From: Thermoplasmata archaeon
Lineage (GTDB): Archaea; Thermoplasmatota; Thermoplasmata; GCA-020350865
DNA: 64,000 bases
Reading direction: 5' to 3'
Assembly: GCA_020348445.1 (NCBI GenBank)
Contig: CP070751.1
Location: forward strand, 3,089,702-3,153,701
The translations under genes and the position numbers were made by a program. The notes under the pieces are model-generated. The model saw only the letters and a list, made by a program, of their open reading frames with translations. It searched no databases and was not told the DNA's origin. Shown piece by piece: positions 59,701-64,000 of this stretch; within the stretch, counting starts at the first letter, position 1, and the number at the start of each line of letters is the position of its first letter.

Positions 59701-62700
59701 GTTTTCTCGTATTTTACCTGTTTTTGTGGTGTTACCCATTTCAGTTTGGTCAAGGCGCAATCTCATGTAACTACCATCGTAGGTGGCAACTACGAATAAC
59801 CATTTATCTGTGGTCAAGGAACTGTTTGTTTCCATATATGTTGTTGTGCCTGAGTCATCGTTCGTTCCTGTCTTTAACCTGAATCTCAGCTTGTAACCGG
59901 TAATGTTCCATATTGTAGACAACATCCATGCATGATCTTGCTCAGCGTCATTTTTTGCCTTTGATATGATTCTAGCATCGTGTGCAATAAAACTTTCAAA
60001 CATAACCCACGCCTGGAGTGTAAGCCCTTGTCCTTGTACATTCCAATTACCCACATCTATATGGTCTGTTCCGTCATCGTACTCAAAGTCCTGACCATCG
60101 GCTATGATACTGTTGTTATCATCGGATCCTAGGTTCGTTCCATCGTGATTATTGCTTGTGGAATCATAAAAATCATCAGAAAGATGCCAGACAGCTGAAT
60201 AATTGGAATCCCAGACATCTGCAGGATTTTCCATGGATGTTGTTTGTCCATTGTTTCCGTAATACATGTATATGGATGTATCTGAGGATGAAGAAAGGCT
60301 GGGAATTTTAATCCATGCTACCAATTCACCCTGACTGCTGCTATATTTCTCGAGTTCGTGATCGAGTCGAGTACTGCCATCCATCTCGGTGAAGAAGATG
60401 TCATATCCATCGGCTCGTGCCTTGCTTTGTAGATCAGAATCAACAGTATTTATTAGAACTGGGAAATTGACTAGGTCACCAGCAACCTGCGAGGCATTGA
60501 TCGTGATTTTCTTTCGATATAGCCAATCTTCGATATTTATATCGGGGGCATTTACACCCTTTATGCTCGAAACAGAAAATCCGAACCTGTCTCCATCGTT
60601 CTCCCCAGTGAGAATAACATCCGCATCTGCGTCAGCGTCATAAACACTGTTCCAGTCTTCTGTGGATCTACCATGAAAGATATACGCTCTTCCGCGATCT
60701 GCACCCCATCCAGGTGCTCCTATGATCACATCATCATAATCATCATTATTTATATCACCAGCATCGGAAACGGACCAGCCAAATAGATCGCCAGAATTGG
60801 AGCCATATATCGTGACATTTGCATCCGTAATATCGAGTGCACTTGCATTTATTTCTGGATAACCAAAGAAAATGTAGGCTGCGCCTGCCTTATTTATCGC
60901 CCCAGCCCCAGAATCAATCACTTCTTCACCACTATATGTTATGAAACTATCATTCATTGAAAGATATTGGGCGTAAATCCAGTCTTCAGAACGAGCTATA
61001 TTTGATATGCGGACTTCATCTATTGTACCGTTCCAATATACATCTCCACCAGAAGCACCTCCAGGCCTACCTATCCAAAGGTTTTTACTTGGATTAGGAT
61101 TTATTGATCCACCAAAATCACAATCAGCCCTCTTCACTCCATCTACATACATAGAACCATTAGGAGAATCCCAAGTAAAAACAACATGATGCCAAGTATT
61201 TGGATTAATTACATATGTATTACTACAAAGACTTTCATTATATGTCGAACTATTTCGAAGGTAAGCTGATGCAGTGCCTATATTATTTGTATGTCTATAA
61301 ACAATTAGGCCATAACCTCCTGTTAAACGATTGTATTTGTTTATCACATTATATCTCTTGATTTGCGTTGGGAAATTACCATATATCCAAGCTTCCATTG
61401 TTATCTCAGTCCCAGTAATATTCAAACTCGCATCATTCCCACAATCAATATAATCATCGATCCCATCCAACTCGTCAGCACCATCTATTTTTCCAGTAGC
61501 ATCCTGCGTCCCAGGAGAATCTATATACTCTGTTCCATCGTTATCATATTGTGTTGAATCATAATGAGTTCCCGAGGTCTCTTCTAAATGCTGAACCAAC
61601 ACATAACTAGCATCATAAGTCTCATTCTCATTTTGAACATCTAAAGCGGCTGAGTTATTGTAATACATCCAGATGTAATCGGTAGAGGTGTCCCCGGCAA
61701 TATTTGTTACATTTACCCAGACATAACTGTCCCCAGAGGTATTCCACTCTTCGATATGATAATTCAACTCAGTTACATTATCAGTATCTACAAACCGCAG
61801 GTCTGTTCCATCCAATTTAGCCTTTGAATAATTAAAATTCGCTGGATTTAACTTCACAGAAACCGGAAAATACTCTAGATCTTCTGATTGCCCGCCGTTG
61901 TCAAAGGTCAATTTCATTCGACATGACCAATTGATATCCCACCAATCGCTTTCTTCTTCGCTTCCGTATGTAATAAAGCTGTTATTCATGGAAAGGTACT
62001 GCGCCATAACCCAGTCCGCACTTCTTCCTGTATTCGAGATTCGCACTTCATCTATTATGCCCTCAAAGGCGTCGTAATAGGTACCGTCTCCGATCCATAC
62101 CTCAGTTGCTGATTGATATATTGGCCCGGAAAATGTGTCGTTGGTTCCTATCACAATTGCATTTTTATACAATACCATTGTGGTTCCATTCCACGTTCCT
62201 GCCATGTACTGCCACTGGTTTTTATCCACAACATTGGAGTCATGTATATTTCCTTGCGTCGCAGTTCCGTTGTCACTAAGCTTAAAATCCCAATCATCGA
62301 GATCCCCCGGATCATCGTCCATTGAAAGAATATAGGACCTGGCACTATCTGCAAACTTGTTAACGATATTCAGATCATCACCAGGATTATCGATATTAAC
62401 TGGCTTAACCCATGCTTCAATGGTTATAGCCTGGGTAATGTTCAGACTGTCACTTGTTTTGCAGTTCACATAATCGTCGACTCCATCGAAATTGTCGGCA
62501 CCACCGATTCTTCCCTGTGCATTCTGGGTTAATCCGTTTTGGGGGAAACCGTCATTGTTGTTTTTCGAGGCATCATAATGGGTTCCCGAGGTCTCGTTCA
62601 GATGCCATACCCCTGAAAAGTGCTCATCGTAAGTCCCTTCTACATCCTGGACATCAACGGCATCTAAATTGCCGTAATACATCCAGATATAATCCGAATC

Positions 62701-63249
62701 AGAACCTCCATGGATATTGGCAACATTTACCCAGATATAGCTGGATCCTGAGGATTCCCAATCCTCAATATGAAATTTAAGCTCGGAAAATCCGTCAGCA
62801 TCAATAAATCTCAGATCAGTTCCATCTGACTTTGATTTCGAATAATTAAAATTCATTGTGCTTAAATTGATCATAACCGGGAAATTCACCAAGTCCTCCG
62901 ATTGCCCGGTATTATCAAAAGTCAATTTTTTTCGATATGCCCAACTATTATTCCACCATCCCCCTACTCCTTGATACCCATCTGCATACGGAGCACCAAC
63001 GATCACATCATCGTACCCATCGCCGTTCACATCGCCTATCCAGGATACATTCCAGCCAAAGTTATCCCCTTCATCTGGATTGGTAATGGTAACCAGAGGA
63101 TCCAAAGTCCCCTCACCTGGGTCCTTTTTCAGCTTCTCACCTTCAGCAGATACCACTGCACCTTGTTGAAAAAAGGAAAATAAGGAGGATAGAACCAATA
63201 AGGTGATTAAACCGATTGAATGCAACTTTTTGGTGCGTTTCATGTACAT
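47797..63249 (-). CDS. Giant (~5,150 aa) single-pass surface protein: FG-GAP propeller, 7x DUF2341/LamG-like modules, inserted 7-repeat propeller, 7x ~100-aa repeats, Ig/cadherin-like stalk, TM, longin-like domain, zinc ribbon
   Basis: Uninterrupted ORF. The signal peptide follows MYMKR (start moved from 63336). The repeats are readable in the translation. TM WPWIFSILIAAIGGAIAIYW; C-terminal CPVCG..CPRCG. Confidence 0.88.
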   Translation of the reverse strand: MYMKRTKKLHSIGLITLLVLSSLFSFFQQGAVVSAEGEKLKKDPGEGTLDPLVTITNPDEGDNFGWNVSWIGDVNGDGYDDVIVGAPYADGYQGVGGWWNNSWAYRKKLTFDNTGQSEDLVNFPVMINLSTMNFNYSKSKSDGTDLRFIDADGFSELKFHIEDWESSGSSYIWVNVANIHGGSDSDYIWMYYGNLDAVDVQDVEGTYDEHFSGVWHLNETSGTHYDASKNNNDGFPQNGLTQNAQGRIGGADNFDGVDDYVNCKTSDSLNITQAITIEAWVKPVNIDNPGDDLNIVNKFADSARSYILSMDDDPGDLDDWDFKLSDNGTATQGNIHDSNVVDKNQWQYMAGTWNGTTMVLYKNAIVIGTNDTFSGPIYQSATEVWIGDGTYYDAFEGIIDEVRISNTGRSADWVMAQYLSMNNSFITYGSEEESDWWDINWSCRMKLTFDNGGQSEDLEYFPVSVKLNPANFNYSKAKLDGTDLRFVDTDNVTELNYHIEEWNTSGDSYVWVNVTNIAGDTSTDYIWMYYNNSAALDVQNENETYDASYVLVQHLEETSGTHYDSTQYDNDGTEYIDSPGTQDATGKIDGADELDGIDDYIDCGNDASLNITGTEITMEAWIYGNFPTQIKRYNVINKYNRLTGGYGLIVYRHTNNIGTASAYLRNSSTYNESLCSNTYVINPNTWHHVVFTWDSPNGSMYVDGVKRADCDFGGSINPNPSKNLWIGRPGGASGGDVYWNGTIDEVRISNIARSEDWIYAQYLSMNDSFITYSGEEVIDSGAGAINKAGAAYIFFGYPEINASALDITDANVTIYGSNSGDLFGWSVSDAGDINNDDYDDVIIGAPGWGADRGRAYIFHGRSTEDWNSVYDADADADVILTGENDGDRFGFSVSSIKGVNAPDINIEDWLYRKKITINASQVAGDLVNFPVLINTVDSDLQSKARADGYDIFFTEMDGSTRLDHELEKYSSSQGELVAWIKIPSLSSSSDTSIYMYYGNNGQTTSMENPADVWDSNYSAVWHLSDDFYDSTSNNHDGTNLGSDDNNSIIADGQDFEYDDGTDHIDVGNWNVQGQGLTLQAWVMFESFIAHDARIISKAKNDAEQDHAWMLSTIWNITGYKLRFRLKTGTNDDSGTTTYMETNSSLTTDKWLFVVATYDGSYMRLRLDQTEMGNTTKTGKIRENDWDIYLGLNPGSLWKPLDGILDEVRISSVARSNAWLDTEYNNQNGINSFYMVGLEEINPTGWQYRKRITINAAQVAGDLKDFPVLINLTDSDLISKARSDGYDIVFTGADGVTKLDHEIESYNGSMGELVAWVKIPLLSSSSNTVFYMHYSNLDAPEQSNPRGVWDDNYVMVQHLQEKSGTHYDSTQYNYDGIEYIDSPGTQDAVGKIDGADEFDGSDDYVKINSIGTTLNSKKNLTFSLWVNTASDGTTWDNPFSFGNGNFRFESGDPITNLHVFNSGIDNDEIVEALGSITLDAWSYITFASNDSSWVLFVDGAVKDSGTTDGGLNAGSDLFLGVRFEISDQWKGSIDEVRISNITRSLDWITTSYKNQNDSSSFYTIGDEEIIPTNWQYRKSIIINSSQVTGDLTDFPILIDITDSDLKNKARTDGYDIIFTESDGKTRLDHEIEKHDGTTGELTAWVRIPELSSTLDTIIYLHYGNRGQSSSTENPTGVWDDNYVMVQHLEESPDDDVEGHYDSTINHNEGTPKNFQDSGDGTTDATGRIDGADEFGGDDDYVDCGDDTSLNIGNAVGFSLNAWIYPKELDDSQFWDNILYSKVQDDNNRFYFRLRDEDAMQFYSVIGGSIYRASGSLDNGIDFTKDSWYMISWIIDRTEGANGTLRVYHNGDLAGNFSFNDSISGVDFSNTGNGWIGAFNESGSGQAKWLFNGTIDEVRISSVARSSHWVATEYNNQNDTGTFYTVGAEESFPQNWMYRKAITLNTSKITGDLTDFPILVNTVDLDLKNRARPDGYDIVFTEQDGRTRLDHEIESYNASSGELAAWVRIPFLSSSSTTTIYMHYGNSAQTSPTENIEGVWDDSYVMVQHLHETSGIHYDSTKYLNNGIEYIDSPGTQNASGKIDGADEFDGSDDHVDVAYSSNLDITEVITVEGWFNCNEDHTEEPNQWFGGNQKPGAWLLGWNGWDDAWCFGIYNDTGDWTGGTHASDVYITADEWVHVLGTFDGRYLRVYVNGELEDIEEVGSTTIYSNTNEIKIGMSGAYFNGSIDEVRISNVVRSIDWIATQYNNQNDTGTFYSIGSEELNPACWLYRKPITISSSQVAGNLTDFPFLIRITDSDLKSKALPNGNDILFTELDGRTKLDHEIESYNSSSGKLVAWVRIPYLSSSFDTVVYMYYGNNAQRSPTENPESVWDDNYKMVHHLEESPNDDVEGHIDSTSNDNDGTPKNFQDGGDGTTDATGRIDGADEFGGDDDYIETSSMAMDGSRTFMAWIKPDFNWDDGVLHTVIEWYNGVSRKFFIAKHSNNNMYVVHDSQDDGGAYLCEIETITFSSGEWHHIAGTYDDNAKRVCIYWDGECLNSTILLGAVELTGQTSVTIGNGSWGEFDGIIDEVRISNVARSWDWIDASYNNQNDPSSSYTLGNEESFNVNNYDNVIVGAYGYNGKQGRAYIFSGRSGLTGGISAQNADVIMIGSHSDDRFGWAVSDAGDLNGDGSTDIIIGAPGNNSSTGAAYVFLNIEYLPSSINASDADTMLIGESPNDEFGYSVSNAGDLNNDRYNDVIVGAPEYNDNHGNYSAAWGPLDIQANQNPDSAYQNATFIAADYHGNVIVVWHDTRNGSDDYDIYAQKFDSDGNALWGPTDIRVNKNSDSVDQLDPVVVVDSLGNAIIVWEDKRNGESDIYAQKLDPNGLPLWGLSDKKVNQNSDIADQYNPDATIDSDDNVIVAFGDWRGSDGDLYAQKLDSDGAPQWGLNDKLINQNSDSYDQFSVSAAVYPNGSSIYVWFDERNSPGDIADIYAQQLDPDGNAIWGNTDILVNQNSDSAVQYSPEVATDSDGNAYVIWEDARNGAGDYDTFAQRLDSMGTALWGPSDKDAKQNSDTYHQLDPWVDVDPEGNPIFVWSDYRNGLGDIYSQKYNSSGTAQWDSSDIKVNEGGASSNQIMPRLDVDSDGHMYVGWGDDRNGASDIDIYIQKLEPPTVGRAYIFNGGSSMDATSDLKLTGENHGDRFGFSVKSAGDLNGDAVADVMVGAPYYDDGAKLDVGAIYVFSGGSSMDNLADWKYYGEYANDHFGWSVSFAGDVNGDDQDDIIVGAPANDDGGIDAGKTYILTFTISIPFEITDILTTPESQYIDEYVNISCNVTAPSGIYGVWLNITYPDGGYTNASMTEGAGNQWYNNSMYVIPGLYQYLIWANDTIGNWTNTAIYQFVIVNRLPTLSSSSVDPVIGYTDTGFNFTVIYTDLDDHAPYNVMVNISGEGVYDLSELDPLDLDYTDGKEYYYNTSGFSIGTYSFHFAANDTIGDWVEGGTLFFDVLDSTPLLSSDSVNPSSGYPNTGFNFTVKYTSPNNLEPDNILVNITGWGNYDLIPIDPLDMDYTDGNGFYLNQSGFTLGTHFFHFAANDTNGIWVETGSSSFDILSSALSLTLPSVNPLIGNVDTGFNFTVNYASPANLPPVNITVVISSFGTFDLMEVDPFDSDYTDGKEYYFNTSGFTIRTYQFYFETNDSIGNSVVSETNQFNILNRPPTFTSPQVAPNSGNINSGFNFSIIYQDLDDQAPNKITVNITGYGVYDLGEVDSLDTDYTDGKEYYYNASGFTIGSFTFNFAANDTKGDWVETGLLGFNVLNRPPSLSVPLVTPTLGYLDSDFNFTVIYTDLDDHTPGRITVNISGIGIYILEETDFLDTDYTDGKGYYYNMSGFSLGTHFFNFAANDSLGNWTESTILQFDVINRAPILSAAMVDQNTGYIESWFNFTVTYSDFDNHSQDTITVNITGVGIYDLIEMDLLDVEYTDGKEYYINLSGFDVGQYTFSFTANDSVGQWTETGVMQFDVVNRAPILSLAQVDPTTGSIDTIFNFTVTYTDLEDHPPDAIILNITGLGVFHMMEANTSDSDYTDGKEYYYNMTLSAANYSFHYASNDSMGLWAPDTSTINSPNVSPKHGILYAIDSLVEFSDAIQLNSRLLDDDFQPIQGQNVAYYIDINKNGILEAGEFVDQGVTQSDGSISVIYSSYLDIGIYNFTVLYVGSGDYDIEDDEAQITINPKQATLKSVITVVEVGETASINATLIDDMGNPIGDQQVVFYLDRNRNEFYEPSEEIVMAATSLGGVAQINYYVNLTPENYGIWAKYEGSANYNVDEIEGLLTVQDTGNRPPMIVWEVPNQIKPEDSLPWSIALTSYGSDIEDSDTDLNWHLTGVDNDLYSVTGMNSTNNILTFIPHPDAYGNDEVTLWLVDSSGDRDSQILWINITPLNDLPYFNPMPPDIFVHYDDPNTDEDNPSPWDYTFYVHDVETPIENLILTTSESTSDSGDGYVEVDGLKVTFHYPQNMVGQSVLVTLTLSDGTDTTQTMVRVNVTSDWVPELVSQLPDVILEENTTLYYVFDLDDYFVDKDHDSLFFTSGYFHIIVDINQNNTVDITAQGQWTGTEYVTFRAQDPIGAISEDTIRVTVIPVNDGPTISDIPDLVVHFDYSYAFDLSPYISDPDNTPDELMVSTSELTDYIRLQQNNNLGIVITYPEWMNSTTIPITIYVSDGLLTASQEINITISDDFPPELRYKIPDVFFDEDTNLNGTFTLSDYFFDVDNDVLYYTNGSKFINVTINKDLTVDFSAPENWYGSEVITFRATDPHGALAEDSILVVVVPVNDPPTIGLIPTQEKKVGDQWILDLSQYIHDIDNDMSELIITVESAAGEGYVTLVGNMLVFQYPEGIKIDTITITVTDGELVATSSFIVDIKSTKPQAPSIWDTLPWPWIFSILIAAIGGAIAIYWKKSGYIVYDAFLIHENGLPIAHVSRWERSDLEDVVVSGMFTAVQDFINDAFSGQTSDVDWELDEMGFGENKILIERSECLYIAVIFEGYGRKLRKRVRRFFQDINKEYGTILEDWDGDISQLEGIRALTMTLIPDRGYKHTDSQDMPDQPRLDAHAEESDESLYEWKDGEDEAFEDGSEVYSENIIEIEVYECPVCGKDIDAEAASCPRCGVQFAEL
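50960..53100 (-). repeat. Seven tandem ~100-aa repeats in the giant protein
   Basis: Consensus NR.P.L....V.P..G.....FNFTV.Y.D.D...P....V.I.G.G.Y.L...D..D.DYTDGK.YY.N.SGF..G...F.F.AND..G.W. Confidence 0.85.
53803..54990 (-). repeat. Seven ~57-aa repeats (probable beta-propeller) inserted in FG-GAP blade 5
   Basis: Repeating WG..D..(V/I)NQNSD...Q..P....D..GN...VW.D.RNG..DIYAQK(L/F)D..G. Confidence 0.8.
55440..62960 (-). repeat. Seven ~330-aa DUF2341 + LamG/concanavalin-like modules
   Basis: Each begins W.YRK.I/L and contains FP.L..(A)..DG.D(L/I).F..D....L..(H/Y)IE, WV(K/R/N).., IYMYYGN, HL.E, G.IDE(V/I)RIS..ARS.DW....Y..(Q/M)N. Confidence 0.85.
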
Positions 63250-63479
63250 TTTACGGCCTCGACCATCTAAATGCCCTGATGGGAGTTTAGACACATTTAC
63301 AAGTATTTGATATCCTTGACCCGCATAAGGACACATTTACCCATGCCCTTGTATTCTTTATTTTATAACTATGTACATTATACGAATCTAACAGTAATTA
63401 AATGGTTTTGACAAGAAAATCAGATTTGATTACCTAATCTGAGAAAAACGGCATTTGATGGGAAAATCCCTCCTTTCCC

Positions 63480-64000
63480 TTAAGTATTGAGATTGGCATC
63501 AAATCTTACCCCACAACCGGGGCAGCATGTGCTTTGACCCTTCACATTTTCACCACATATGGGGCATTCAAAGGATTTTGGGCCTTTCAAATCAAGGAAC
63601 TCAACACCGCATTTTGGACAGGATATCGCATCTTCCCTGACTTCATCTCCACAGGAAGGGCATACCATGACTCTAATCCTCAACCTCCAAGGCACCTTTC
63701 CAGATTCACCAAATTCCACCTCACACCTTGAACACCTTGGATCTCCAGGATAGATTTCATTACCGCATACTGGGCACTCGTATACTTCCATCTCAGCCCC
63801 GACATCAACAGGAGTTATCTCCCCAAAGTTATCTAAAAACATTTTGGATTTATCCCCTTCCAAATTAACTGCACTTGGTTGATCCATCAAACCATGGTCA
63901 ATATCCCCTTTCAGAGTTCCCCATCGTGTATGTTTTTCTTCCTTCCCTGATATCAAACTCCCCATCAATATTGGAATACCCTTTAATTGAGCCATACCCC
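63480..64000 (-). CDS. Protein (probably a C-terminal fragment) with three CPxCG..CPxC zinc ribbons
   Basis: EVYECPVCG..CSRC, CPSCG..CPKC, CPICG..CPGC. The frame is open to the window edge, so the start may lie outside. Confidence 0.75.
   Translation of the reverse strand, partial: GMAQLKGIPILMGSLISGKEEKHTRWGTLKGDIDHGLMDQPSAVNLEGDKSKMFLDNFGEITPVDVGAEMEVYECPVCGNEIYPGDPRCSRCEVEFGESGKVPWRLRIRVMVCPSCGDEVREDAISCPKCGVEFLDLKGPKSFECPICGENVKGQSTCCPGCGVRFDANLNT

Noticed and set aside
47797-63249. Repeated DNA segments as a possible CRISPR array, DGR or mobile element
   Set aside because: The repeats are in-frame protein-domain repeats without unique spacers. I found no cas, reverse transcriptase, integrase or transposase gene in the window.
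63250-63336. ORF-track N-terminal extension of the giant protein (MCPYAG...), and similar extensions on purM, ribB, the 1178-aa ORF and two GTPases
   Set aside because: Downstream ATGs have better RBS motifs and place signal peptides or family motifs at the N-terminus.

Overview
A 64 kb window of archaeal chromosome. The archaeal call rests on archaeal-type RibC/RibL, a short archaeal AspRS, single-domain KaiC-like ATPases, GGAGG/GGTGA ribosome-binding sites and TATA-like promoters. The style of the surface proteins suggests Thermoplasmatota, but that is inference and was not tested. I found no rRNA, tRNA, CRISPR array or transposase. Housekeeping and metabolic genes are purM, ribB-ribL-ribC-ribH, aspS, an MscS channel, an acyl-CoA ligase/radical dehydratase operon, an OPT-PqqD-aminopeptidase operon, two prenyltransferases with a B12 radical SAM, and an AAA+/VWA pair. 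These are interspersed with many large secreted or membrane-anchored repeat proteins. The standout is 41.8-64 kb: six tandem Rab-like small GTPases, each with a C-terminal helical domain, in two subtypes. One subtype naturally has Leu in place of the catalytic switch-II Gln. They lie directly downstream of a ~5,150-aa single-pass surface protein carrying a split integrin-alpha-like FG-GAP propeller, seven DUF2341/LamG-like modules, a cytoplasmic longin-like domain and a zinc ribbon. A second, soluble longin-like protein (coiled coil, SAP-like repeats, IleRS-C-terminal-like domain) lies at 16.8-20.3 kb. Together these suggest a receptor-longin-small GTPase transmembrane signalling system. All domain calls come from visual motif recognition, not database searches.
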